Origin: a virus
Taxonomy: Duplodnaviria > Caudoviricetes
IMG/VR virus record: IMGVR_UViG_3300032305_003086
Span: 32,001 to 96,000 of that record
Reading direction: 5' to 3' (one strand)
Length of the DNA: 64,000 bases
The stretch's first letter is position 1. Every line of letters starts with the position of its first letter. The notes beneath the pieces were generated by a model. It saw only the letters and a program-made list of their open reading frames with translations, was not told the origin of the DNA and made no database searches. The position numbers were made by a program, and so were the translations under genes. Shown in pieces: positions 9,562-18,932 of the stretch.

Positions 9562-10533
9562 TCAAAATAAATCTTCTTCAGAAAAACTTTGAGATTTTTT
9601 GCTGTATTCGGTTGGACGAGAATGAAAGAAATCTGACATGTTGTTTCCTAAAACCTGCTCGTCAAACCAAACTGTTTTTGACAATAATTCTCTATTTACA
9701 TCGAAAATTTCATTATAGCCGATCTGCTTTAAAGATTCATTCATTCTATTTTTTATAAATTCTTTAAGTATCTCTGAACTAAGTTTTTCAGCTTTGTGTC
9801 CATTTACAATCCATTCTACTATTTTCATTTCATGACTAACTGCTTCTTTTGCTTCGCTAATTATTTTTTCTTCTAATTCTTTATCAAATAATTCTGGGTA
9901 TTCTTTTCTGATAACATTAATGATCTTCATCCCAATCATTGCGTGTAGATTTTCTTCTCTTGAAGTATATTCTACTTGTTTGTTTGTGTCTTTCAATAAA
10001 TTTCTGTACCTTCCAAACCAGCTTATTGTATAGAATTGCGAGAATAGAGCTATGTTCTCAACGAACAAAGTGAAAAGTATCAAGGAATAAATAAATTGCT
10101 TTTTATTATCTGTGTGGAATCTGCGCAGATGCTTTCTTAAGTAATTTACTCTTCCCTTAATAATATCTAGTTCCAATATATTATCAAAAGCATCATCTAT
10201 TCCAAGAACTTCAAGTAGACGTTCATAAGCGTCTCCGTGAATAACCTCGGTATTTGCCATAACGTAGCCCATGTCATTGATAGAAGGGTGCGGCAAATTA
10301 TCGCCAATTTTCGCCCAAAATTTCTTGACCGAAATTTCAAGTTGGCCAATAGTAGCAAGTGCTCTAGTAATTATTTCTCTCTCTTGATCTGTAAGAGAAA
10401 CTCTAAAGTCTTGAACGTCACTTTGAAAAGAAAATTCTTTATCTGTCCAAAATCCATTATGCATAGAAGAGATAAACTCTTGCGTCCATGGGTATTGGTC
10501 AGGCTTGCGACTAATTTGCTCATCAAAAATCAT
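9562..10533 (-). CDS. nrdB: Ribonucleoside-diphosphate reductase class I, beta subunit
   Basis: FWTDKE, EVIHGDAY, ENIALFSQF and EENLH di-iron ligands; DFF near the C-terminus. Confidence 0.95.
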   Translation of the reverse strand: MIFDEQISRKPDQYPWTQEFISSMHNGFWTDKEFSFQSDVQDFRVSLTDQEREIITRALATIGQLEISVKKFWAKIGDNLPHPSINDMGYVMANTEVIHGDAYERLLEVLGIDDAFDNILELDIIKGRVNYLRKHLRRFHTDNKKQFIYSLILFTLFVENIALFSQFYTISWFGRYRNLLKDTNKQVEYTSREENLHAMIGMKIINVIRKEYPELFDKELEEKIISEAKEAVSHEMKIVEWIVNGHKAEKLSSEILKEFIKNRMNESLKQIGYNEIFDVNRELLSKTVWFDEQVLGNNMSDFFHSRPTEYSKKSQSFSEEDLF

Positions 10534-10596
10534 AAAATCTCCTGGCTAGTTTAAAATATGTTTGTAGGTATATCTAAGTTTGATAAAAAAAATTTT

Positions 10597-12600
10597 TCAA
10601 ATTTTTTTTATTTTGGTAAAACCACCCTTTTTTTCTAATCTTATTAATTCACAACCCTCTAATAAATCTAATAAGTTTTGATCATGAGTAGTTATAAATA
10701 CTTTTCTGTCCTTGGATAATTCAGTAATCATATTATACACTCCATAAACTCCAATTGGATCTATATTGGTGGTGACTTCATCTAAAAAAACAATTGATGG
10801 ACAAACTCCTGAACTTAGAGACATAACATAGGCGAAAGCCTGGGAAACGGCAAGATTTAATCTTCTTCTTTCTCCTCCACTCATAGCATGATAAACAAAA
10901 GGATCTCCATCTGATGGGTTTCTTTCTATTTTTTCTTCTAGTTCATTATTGAATTCCAACTTGGTTTTTCCATCTATTAAAAATTGTAACCAATAAGCAA
11001 TTCTAGAATTTAGTGCTGGTATTACGCCATCTATTACAAATTTCCTTATTCCAGTATCTCCAAATGCAGTGACCCAAAAATCATAATAAGGCAAATCTTT
11101 TTCTAATTCTTCCAATTCTTTTTTCTTATTGAATAGAATGTTTCTATTTTCAATAAGATCTTCACTTATAGAATTAATTATTTTAATAAAAGGACTTTCA
11201 TTTAGTTCTTTATTCTTATTAATTATTTGATCTTCTAGATTATTAATTTTTTCTTCAATGATTTGATTAGAAACATTTTTATTTTGCGGCTTTTCAATCT
11301 TATTTAAATCTTGTAGTCTTTTTCTTTTTTTTGTTAATAAAGTATTATTATTATCTAAACTTAACTTTGCTGACTGTAGACCTTTATTTATTTTATTCAA
11401 CACCAACTCTACATCAGAAGACTCTGAAACAACGCGTTCTTTTTCACTATTTTTAGTTAATATTTCTGATTCTAGCTCCAGTATCTTTTTCCTAATCTCA
11501 GATACATATTTTTTATAATTATCTTCTGATACCTCTCCTAAGCAAAACTTACACTTTGAACCCTTATTTTCTTCAAATTTGTTTATTTCTTTTACACAAT
11601 CTTTTATGTTAGATTTTATTTTTTCTATAGAAGCGTCAACATTATCTATTTTAATTGTAAGGCTGTTAAAGTTTCTATTAGTTAGATTTATTTTATCTTT
11701 TGCTAAACTTATTATTTCTTCTAGTTCGCTTTGTTTTTCTTCTAACTCAGATAGGTTTTTATTTATAGAATCAATTTCTTTTTGTGATTCTAAGTATAAA
11801 GAAATTTCTTGACCCTCATCGGTTGAAGAAAGGCTTTCTTTTAATTCTTTTATCTTGTTTTCAAAATCTTTAATTTCTTTTTTCTTTTGAACATTCCATT
11901 CTTTTTCTTGATTTTTTGTTGTTTCTAATCTAGATTCTATCTGTTTTATCTGTGCGGATAGAGTTTCATGCTCATAAGAAACGCTTTTTATCGAGTCTTT
12001 TTTATCCTTCTTAATCTCTTTGGCTTTATCTGCAAAATTTCTATATTTATCTAAGGACAATAAGTTTTCTACTATTTGTCTCTTATCATTGGCATCACAT
12101 TCTAAAAAGCTGCCCGCATTATTATCAGTGAATATAAGAACATTTACAAAAGTTTCATAATTAAGTCCTATTTTTTCTTCTATTAACTTTTGGGTTGCAG
12201 GAATTCCTCCCAAAGTAATTTCAGTTTCGTCTTTCCACTCATGTTTTGTATCTTCCCAAATTCTAAGGCTATCCGGCTTTCTTGTTCTAATTACTCTAAG
12301 ATCTCCCCATCGAACTTCCGTTTTTAAATTTTTACCAATTTGATTATTAATTACATCTTTATGAGTTATTTTTTTAGGATGCTTTATAGTTTTACCAAAT
12401 AAGGCATAAACAATGATTTCAGGTATAGAACTTTTTCCAACGCCATTACTTGCAACCTTATCATCGATCTCTTTAATGTCTAAATTATTGCCTCTTATTA
12501 GAACAATATTAGAAAAATCTTCAAAATTAAATTCTATACCTTGGGGACCGAAGCACAAAAAGTTTTGTGCAGAAATGTATTTGAAATCTAAATTTTTCAT
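10597..12600 (-). CDS. sbcC: Recombination endonuclease ATPase subunit (T4 gp46 / SbcC / Rad50)
   Basis: NFLCFG, Walker A NGVGKS, coiled coil with CKFC zinc hook, MSGGE signature, Walker B FLDE, ITTH. Confidence 0.93.
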   Translation of the reverse strand: MKNLDFKYISAQNFLCFGPQGIEFNFEDFSNIVLIRGNNLDIKEIDDKVASNGVGKSSIPEIIVYALFGKTIKHPKKITHKDVINNQIGKNLKTEVRWGDLRVIRTRKPDSLRIWEDTKHEWKDETEITLGGIPATQKLIEEKIGLNYETFVNVLIFTDNNAGSFLECDANDKRQIVENLLSLDKYRNFADKAKEIKKDKKDSIKSVSYEHETLSAQIKQIESRLETTKNQEKEWNVQKKKEIKDFENKIKELKESLSSTDEGQEISLYLESQKEIDSINKNLSELEEKQSELEEIISLAKDKINLTNRNFNSLTIKIDNVDASIEKIKSNIKDCVKEINKFEENKGSKCKFCLGEVSEDNYKKYVSEIRKKILELESEILTKNSEKERVVSESSDVELVLNKINKGLQSAKLSLDNNNTLLTKKRKRLQDLNKIEKPQNKNVSNQIIEEKINNLEDQIINKNKELNESPFIKIINSISEDLIENRNILFNKKKELEELEKDLPYYDFWVTAFGDTGIRKFVIDGVIPALNSRIAYWLQFLIDGKTKLEFNNELEEKIERNPSDGDPFVYHAMSGGERRRLNLAVSQAFAYVMSLSSGVCPSIVFLDEVTTNIDPIGVYGVYNMITELSKDRKVFITTHDQNLLDLLEGCELIRLEKKGGFTKIKKI

Positions 12601-12726
12601 TTTCGATTAGCCAAACAAAAATTGCAATATTAATTCTAAATAGATTATAGATCAAAAATCTTTTAATTACAAGACAAAAGGCTTGTAGAAAAATTTTGAT
12701 CCAAACACTTAAAAAGGAGTTTAAAT

Positions 12727-13596
12727 ATGACACAAACAACAGAAGGAACAGGACCAGGATCGGTTGATAGAGTAAAATCTAGAATACTAAATGGAGATGT
12801 AAAAGATTCTAATCTTGAATTAGTAACAATTATAGATGGTGGCAGCGGAGACCTTGAAAATGTAGAACTTATCAAAGCACCAAACGGAACAGAAAGTTCC
12901 ATGGATGGTAGAGATCTAGTTATAAGAGGCGGAGAAGGTTATGCGACAGCAGGAGAAGAGGACGACGCAGACGGAGGCGATGTACTCATTTCCGGTGGTA
13001 TGCAACATGGAAATGGCGATAGTGGGGATGTAGAGATTAACGGCGGAGACAGTAGCACGGAATTTGATAACTCCGACGCAGGTGAGGTTACCCTCCGTGG
13101 CGGCGACGGACTCGGACCAGGCGACAGCGACGGCGGAGACGTGACGATCAGAGGCGGAGACTGCCAGGCCGAAGGAACCACAGGGGAGGCTGGTGACGTT
13201 ACTCTAAGAGGTGGAAGCTCTTATGGATCCTCTGGAGGAAACGTGCAGATTCTTGGTGGTGACTCGGGGTATTCAGAAGAAGAAGAAGAAGATGACAACG
13301 ACGGCGGAAGCGTAACGATCAGAGGAGGCTCTACGACCAGTAACACATCTCGCGGAGGAGATGTGAACATCGGAGCGGGCAGCGGTAACTACGGCTATGG
13401 CGTTGTTCGTATAGACAACCTACTCAGACTTCCAGTGTTAGCCACCACGGATGCGTTGGATAACTTGATTCCGGAAGGACAAGAAGAAAATGGCATGATA
13501 TGCTATGTGATTGAATTGAATGCATTTGTCGTTAGAGCGAACGGTGCTTGGGCGACACTGAACACCAGCCCTATGATTCCCGATCCAGCCCTATGA
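12727..13596 (+). CDS. Acidic Gly-rich repeat protein (GGDVxIxGG repeats), probable fibre/spike-like structural protein
   Basis: About 9 G(G/D)-V-x-(I/L)-x-GG repeats; C-terminal GMICY...NGAW tail typical of phage fibre proteins; AAGGAG SD. Confidence 0.55.
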   Translation: MTQTTEGTGPGSVDRVKSRILNGDVKDSNLELVTIIDGGSGDLENVELIKAPNGTESSMDGRDLVIRGGEGYATAGEEDDADGGDVLISGGMQHGNGDSGDVEINGGDSSTEFDNSDAGEVTLRGGDGLGPGDSDGGDVTIRGGDCQAEGTTGEAGDVTLRGGSSYGSSGGNVQILGGDSGYSEEEEEDDNDGGSVTIRGGSTTSNTSRGGDVNIGAGSGNYGYGVVRIDNLLRLPVLATTDALDNLIPEGQEENGMICYVIELNAFVVRANGAWATLNTSPMIPDPAL

Positions 13597-13604
13597 TTCC
13601 CGAT
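13565..13604 (+). repeat. Perfect 20-bp tandem duplication ccagccctatgattcccgat x2
   Basis: 13565-13584 is identical to 13585-13604; the second copy supplies the TGA stop. Confidence 0.95.
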
Positions 13605-13630
13605 TTGGCAGGCTGATTTAGTTTTAGTTC

Positions 13631-13668
13631 AGCCCCCTCCCTAAAAGCAGGGAGGGGGCTATTTTATT
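13631..13668 (+). terminator. Intrinsic terminator
   Basis: 12-bp stem agccccctccct / agggagggggct followed by attttatt. Confidence 0.85.
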
Positions 13669-13694
13669 AGTGTCACTATATGTAAAAATTTATC

Positions 13695-14771
13695 TTATTT
13701 TTCTAAAATCATTTTTCCAACTTTTATAAGTTTATTTTTATCTAAATTTTCATTAACTTGATCAACATATTTTTCGATCATTTCATCTTCTTTGAGTAAA
13801 ATTGCTTTTGCATCGGTTATGACATGTTCTTCTTTTTTTACAAACTGTTTAATTTCCATTGTTGCAACTTTTTTTTCTTCTAGTAAGTTTTTTCTAACTT
13901 CCAACATAGAAGAAGATGAAATATCTTTTACCTCTAGTCTTATAAAATTACCCTCTAAATTATAATTATCTAATTCATCTTCGTTTAGTATGTAATGTTT
14001 TGGACTAAATTCATTTTTAATGTAATCACATTTGTCATTTTCAAAATTATAAATTGCTATATGCTTTTCTTGAAAAGCCTCTCCAAAACTTAATTGAAGT
14101 GGAGAACCAATATATTCAACATTATCGGACAGTTTTTGTTGGGCGTGATAATGGCCTAAAAATACTTTACTCCATCCTTTAAATATATCTGGGCCTACTT
14201 TGATCATATCTCCATCATGTTCAATAGCAACCTCAGCATGAGTTCCATACTTTACATTCCAAGTCGCTCCATCAACGGCGATATGACCTCCCATTCTTTT
14301 AGGAGGATTTATATTTTTTTCTTTACAAATTATCTTCCACTCTTTTTCGACTTTTTTCAAATCTTCAATTGGGTTGTGAGTATAAGGTAAAAATCCAAAC
14401 AAATAATTTTTTGAAATCACTTTCACGCAAGGCTCATTTACAACTGTGACGCCAGGTAAATTTCTAAGAGGATTGACCGATGATATGTCGCATTTTTGGT
14501 TGTGCCAAAGATCGTGGTTACCAAGCAAAAGGTATGTGCTGAATTTATTTCTTAATAAATATTTTTCAAATACTTCAAAAGTTTTTTGATAAGTCAAAAC
14601 ATCAATTTTTTGTCTATCATGAAATAGATCTCCCAAAAAAATAATATTTTCTATATTATTTTCTTCAGCAGTTAGAAACACCCAATCCAAAGTTTTTATA
14701 CAATCCTCTAGCCTATCAATAGACTTCTTATGAGGATGAATATGGATGTCGCTAAAAATAAGTGCTTTCAT
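13695..14771 (-). CDS. sbcD: Recombination endonuclease nuclease subunit (T4 gp47 / SbcD / Mre11)
   Basis: SDIH, GDLFH, GNHD, LGHYH and YIGSP...FGE metallophosphoesterase motifs. Confidence 0.93.
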   Translation of the reverse strand: MKALIFSDIHIHPHKKSIDRLEDCIKTLDWVFLTAEENNIENIIFLGDLFHDRQKIDVLTYQKTFEVFEKYLLRNKFSTYLLLGNHDLWHNQKCDISSVNPLRNLPGVTVVNEPCVKVISKNYLFGFLPYTHNPIEDLKKVEKEWKIICKEKNINPPKRMGGHIAVDGATWNVKYGTHAEVAIEHDGDMIKVGPDIFKGWSKVFLGHYHAQQKLSDNVEYIGSPLQLSFGEAFQEKHIAIYNFENDKCDYIKNEFSPKHYILNEDELDNYNLEGNFIRLEVKDISSSSMLEVRKNLLEEKKVATMEIKQFVKKEEHVITDAKAILLKEDEMIEKYVDQVNENLDKNKLIKVGKMILEK

Positions 14772-14786
14772 GAATATATCTCAAAT

Positions 14787-15155
14787 CTAATTAGATTGAG
14801 ATTTTACCATTTTGTTTTTGCTTTGTCCATTGTTATTCTTAGCTACTTTTTCTAATGCGTCCCAAACAGTTAATGGCTTAGATTTTTGTATTTGAACAGG
14901 AGCGGAAGGAGCAGAAGGATCTCCTGGTGCTCCTCCCATCGATCCGCCTGATGGCATTCCGCCTCCTAGACCACCTCCTAGACCGCCGCCAATTCCGCCT
15001 CCTAGACCACCTCCTAGACCGCCTCCTAATCCTCCAGGTGCTCCTGGTGGCGCTCCAGGAGGAGCACCACCAGGTGGTGCGGCGGGCGGCTTGCCAGCAG
15101 GAGGTGCTGCCGGGGGTTGGGGGGCTTCTACCAAAAAATCATAGAACGTTTTCAT
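14787..15155 (-). CDS. Pro/Gly-rich small protein with capsid-targeting-like N-terminus (MKTFYDFLVE)
   Basis: ORF track; GGLG 12-bp repeats; N-terminus resembles T4 IPIII MKTYQEFIAE. Confidence 0.7.
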   Translation of the reverse strand: MKTFYDFLVEAPQPPAAPPAGKPPAAPPGGAPPGAPPGAPGGLGGGLGGGLGGGIGGGLGGGLGGGMPSGGSMGGAPGDPSAPSAPVQIQKSKPLTVWDALEKVAKNNNGQSKNKMVKSQSN

Positions 15156-15327
15156 AAAAATATATATTATCTAAAAGATAAATCTAAATTTCTAATATTT
15201 TTAGATTCAATTGATATATTTTTATTAAGACTCTCTACGTAAACTAAATACAAAGAGATATCTATTTTTTTAATTATATAACCAAAAGAATTTACATTAT
15301 CAAAATGAACAAAAACTCTTCTCATAT

Positions 15328-16086
15328 TTAATTTAACTCTGTTAGTATTTCGTACCCGGTTTCTGTGCAGAGGATCATATGCTCGTACTGAGCAGATAAT
15401 TTTTTATCTACAGTAATAGCAGTCCACTTGTCTTCAAGAATAAGACAATCAGCATCTCCTAGGTTTATCATTGGCTCTATAGTAAAAGTCATGCCAGGTT
15501 CAATCTTTTGTCCAAAATCTTTAAATTTCTTATCAACATAATGGCAGATTTTTGGGTCTTCGTGAAAACTAAGGCCACATCCATGACCAACAAATTTATC
15601 AACTATAGAGTATTTTGAATTAATTAAAAAATCAGTAATAGCCCAGCCTATATTATTAAATGCAACGCCAGGAGAAATAGATTCTATTCCTTTATACAGG
15701 CTTTCTTTAGTAATTTTCATTAATTCTTTGGCCTCTTCAGATACAATTCCAACAGCGTACATTTTGCTCGTATCACCATAATAGCCATCTAATATTGTTG
15801 TGACATCTATATTAAGTATATCACCTTCTAATAAAACTCGATCACTGGGTATCCCGTGGCAAACAACTTCATTGACTGAGATGCAAGTTTCTTTTGGAAA
15901 ACCATGATAATTCAAAGGAGCCGGAATTGCTCCGTTATCTCTTATAAATTCATTTATTTTTTGATTAAGTTGATCAGTTGTTACTCCTGGCAAGACGAAA
16001 GGATCGATGAATTCTAAAGACTTAGCCGCAAGCTTGCAGCTTTTTCTTATTCCTTCTATTTGCTCATTATTTTTTTTAATAATCAT
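15328..16086 (-). CDS. map: Methionine aminopeptidase type I
   Basis: ISVNEVVCHGIP, DILNIDV, GYYGDT, GHGCG...FHEDP, IEPMIN, AQYEH. Start moved to ATG 16086 (MIIKK...) to match the Map N-terminus. Confidence 0.95.
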   Translation of the reverse strand: MIIKKNNEQIEGIRKSCKLAAKSLEFIDPFVLPGVTTDQLNQKINEFIRDNGAIPAPLNYHGFPKETCISVNEVVCHGIPSDRVLLEGDILNIDVTTILDGYYGDTSKMYAVGIVSEEAKELMKITKESLYKGIESISPGVAFNNIGWAITDFLINSKYSIVDKFVGHGCGLSFHEDPKICHYVDKKFKDFGQKIEPGMTFTIEPMINLGDADCLILEDKWTAITVDKKLSAQYEHMILCTETGYEILTELN

Positions 16087-16130
16087 ATATAAATTTGTAA
16101 TGGTTTCAAGCCACAAACAAGGAGGTTTAT

Positions 16131-16310
16131 ATGGAAGATTTCGATGCACAAGACCTTTTAGTGCTTTTTTGCACTGTTATTTTACCACCTTTAGGTGTGT
16201 TTTTCAAGGTTGGATTTGCTGCTCACTTTTGGATCAACTTGCTATTAACTATTTTTGGATTTTATATAGCAGGAATTGTTCATGGTGTTTATGTAATACT
16301 TAAAAAATAA
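16131..16310 (+). CDS. YqaE/Pmp3 (UPF0057) small membrane protein
   Basis: Not in the track (59 aa). Manual translation MEDFDAQDLLVLFCTVILPPLGVFFKVGFAAHFWINLLLTIFGFYIAGIVHGVYVILKK; AGGAGG SD. Confidence 0.9.
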   Translation: MEDFDAQDLLVLFCTVILPPLGVFFKVGFAAHFWINLLLTIFGFYIAGIVHGVYVILKK

Positions 16311-16327
16311 TTTGCAAGGAGGCAAAG

Positions 16328-16825
16328 ATGAAAAATTTACAGATATTGTTTATTTTTTGTTTGTTTTTTTCTAGTTGTTTGAATGCAAAAAAAACAGAAG
16401 AAAATTATAAATTGAATGAACCAATAAAAAAAGAATTTAATCGACCAAATGAATTCAATGAATATGAAGTTGTTCTTTTAGATTTGCACAACAAAGAAAG
16501 AAAAAACAAAAAAATAAAAGAATTTAAATTAGATAAAAACTTGTGCTCTTACGCACAAAAACATGCAGAAAATATGGCAAACAAAAACTCCATGTATCAT
16601 TCTAAAATGAACGATCTAATGGAATTCAATAAAGGAAGTTTAGTTGGAGAAAATGTTGCTTGGAACCAAAAGACAGAACAAGAAGTTGTCTTTTCTTGGA
16701 TTTTGAGTCCAATGCACAGATATAACATTCTTAGCAAAAAGTACAAAACAGTTGGATTTGGAAAAGCAAGTAAAAATGGATCTATTTATTGGTGTGCAGT
16801 TTTTTCAGACAAGGAGGTTGAATAA
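16328..16825 (+). CDS. CAP/SCP-domain protein with lipoprotein-like signal
   Basis: HNKER, AQKHAENM, GENVA, W-x-x-SPMHRYNIL, YWC; hydrophobic N-terminus ending FSSC. Confidence 0.88.
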   Translation: MKNLQILFIFCLFFSSCLNAKKTEENYKLNEPIKKEFNRPNEFNEYEVVLLDLHNKERKNKKIKEFKLDKNLCSYAQKHAENMANKNSMYHSKMNDLMEFNKGSLVGENVAWNQKTEQEVVFSWILSPMHRYNILSKKYKTVGFGKASKNGSIYWCAVFSDKEVE

Positions 16826-17049
16826 TGGAATCTTTAGTTCTATTGGTTTCTTTTATTTTTTTATTAGTCTTATTGTCTGGGCCTTTGGCTCTTTTGTTTT
16901 GTTATCTAAATATGTTTTGGATAACTATGTTTTTTAGTTTGCTGTCGATGGCAATTGGAACGCATTGGTGCTGTCTAGCTCCTTTTCCAATTTCAATAAT
17001 CGGAGGAATAACGGCATTGTGCGGAGCGTATGCTTTTGCAAAAATTTAG
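16825..17049 (+). CDS. Small hydrophobic membrane protein
   Basis: Almost entirely hydrophobic 74 aa; GGAGG SD; TAATG overlap with the upstream gene. Confidence 0.6.
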   Translation: MESLVLLVSFIFLLVLLSGPLALLFCYLNMFWITMFFSLLSMAIGTHWCCLAPFPISIIGGITALCGAYAFAKI

Positions 17050-17056
17050 GCAATAA

Positions 17057-17647
17057 TTAAAAATTAGACAATTCTGGTATTCTTGATTTTATCATATTCC
17101 AATTTTGATTGGCCCATTGAACGAAACGATTCTCTGCGTTCTTTGGGCCAATTTCATTTGTTTTGCCAGTAGTCTGCATCTCTATTTCATGGGTAGATTC
17201 ATGAACTATTGTGCTTGCTATTTCTAAAATCGCCTCTTTACTATCACCTAATTCTGACACGATTTTTTGAACATTTACATGGATGGTGTCTGATGCTTGT
17301 AGTTCTTTTTCATCCAAATCGGGCACGTACTTTTTAATTACACTATTAGGTAAAGTTTGTAACTTTTGATTAAGCATCATGTCTTGAGGAAACAAAAGTT
17401 TAAGTCTATTAGCCAGTCTTTGACCTATTATTTTTTTATTTTCTCTAGACATGTATAGACCATAAACCCCGGAAGATAGAGGGGCTATGGTGCTTATATT
17501 AGTGAGTAATTTTTGATTAGTCATTTTGTCATACAATTGTACAATCTTCACAGAAATTTTGGCTTTTTTGTAAAGCGATTCTATCTTGGAAGAATCTACC
17601 AATTCAGTTCCAACTGTATTTTGTGCGATCCATTCTTTAAAATTCAT
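17057..17647 (-). CDS. Putative zincin metallopeptidase with capsid-targeting-like N-terminus
   Basis: TIVHESTH (HExxH) plus a downstream E; N-terminus MNFKEWIA. Confidence 0.55.
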   Translation of the reverse strand: MNFKEWIAQNTVGTELVDSSKIESLYKKAKISVKIVQLYDKMTNQKLLTNISTIAPLSSGVYGLYMSRENKKIIGQRLANRLKLLFPQDMMLNQKLQTLPNSVIKKYVPDLDEKELQASDTIHVNVQKIVSELGDSKEAILEIASTIVHESTHEIEMQTTGKTNEIGPKNAENRFVQWANQNWNMIKSRIPELSNF

Positions 17648-17658
17648 ATATAATATAT

Positions 17659-18915
17659 ATGAATAATTCTAAAAAAGTTTCAATAGCTGTTGCCGTTATG
17701 AATAGGACGGAACGAATAGTAAAGTGCTTATCTTCTTGGTCAAAATTCGAAATATTTGATGACATAGTTTTAGTAGATTGGTCAACAAATCCTCCAATAT
17801 TATCCAACCCATATGTAAAATCATTCGTTTTTGAAAATAAAATAAAAGTAATAAGAGTGGATAATGAAAAATATTTTAGTTTGCCTAAAGCATTTAATTT
17901 AGCAATTGATAATACAATAAACGAAAATATTCTAAAAATAGATATAGATTACATATTGATTAATAAAAATTTTATCAATCAAATTATAGAGTTTTCTGAT
18001 AGATTGGACAAAGAATTCTTCATATGTACAAATCCTAATTTAATAGATTTTTTCGGCATGGTATTGATGAAAAAACAAGCTTTTAATGATGCCGGGGGAT
18101 ATAATGAGCTTTTAGCTGGGTGGGGCTATGATGATATTGACTTGTACAATAGGCTCAAGAAAAACTTAAAAACCGGAAGTATCAATAATATTTTATCTTA
18201 TATATATCATAATCCTCATGACGATAACTTAAGAGTTGCTAATTACGAAATAAAAGATAAAAATATAAGTCATAAAATAAATATAAAAATATCAAATGAA
18301 AAAAAATTTGTAAGGAAAAAAATGAAACTTTATTCATTTTGCAATAGTGGTTATGAATCTTTAAAAGAAATATTTTTAAAATCTTGCAAAGACGATTACG
18401 AAATAATAATAGATAATATAGAGACCGATAATGTTTTTGGATCTAAATCAAATAAAATTTGGTGTTTTAAAACTAAAAAAATAATAGAACATATAGAAAA
18501 AAATTATGGTCAAAAAATAATATTTTGTGATATAGATATTCAATTTTTCAAACCAACAAGAGATGTGATAAACAGCTCTCCAGAAGTAGATATTTTATTT
18601 CAATTTGAAGATGAACAAATTTGCATAGGATTCATGGTAATAAAATGCAATCAAAATACTAAAGCTTTTTTTGAAGAAGTTCTTGAAAGATGTGAAAATA
18701 ACGAATGGGATCAAGATGTGATACGACAAAAAGTCAAAGAAGAAAAAATTTCTTGGGCACTTCTTTCAAAAAAAATATGGTGCTACACGCCAAGCGAAAA
18801 AGTTCCTCCATTAGATATTGTCTGCCACCATGCAACTTGGGCCTATTCTTTAGAGGAAAAACTATTGCAAATGAAAAGTGTAAAAAACCATATGTGCAAA
18901 AAGCGTATTTTTTAG
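17659..18915 (+). CDS. Two-domain glycosyltransferase: GT2/GT7C-like fused to nucleotide-diphospho-sugar transferase (GT77-like)
   Basis: N half: VDW, DID, GGYNE...GWGYDD. C half: CDIDI, CIGF, WDQ. Confidence 0.75.
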   Translation: MNNSKKVSIAVAVMNRTERIVKCLSSWSKFEIFDDIVLVDWSTNPPILSNPYVKSFVFENKIKVIRVDNEKYFSLPKAFNLAIDNTINENILKIDIDYILINKNFINQIIEFSDRLDKEFFICTNPNLIDFFGMVLMKKQAFNDAGGYNELLAGWGYDDIDLYNRLKKNLKTGSINNILSYIYHNPHDDNLRVANYEIKDKNISHKINIKISNEKKFVRKKMKLYSFCNSGYESLKEIFLKSCKDDYEIIIDNIETDNVFGSKSNKIWCFKTKKIIEHIEKNYGQKIIFCDIDIQFFKPTRDVINSSPEVDILFQFEDEQICIGFMVIKCNQNTKAFFEEVLERCENNEWDQDVIRQKVKEEKISWALLSKKIWCYTPSEKVPPLDIVCHHATWAYSLEEKLLQMKSVKNHMCKKRIF

Positions 18916-18932
18916 AAAATTAAGGATTATAG

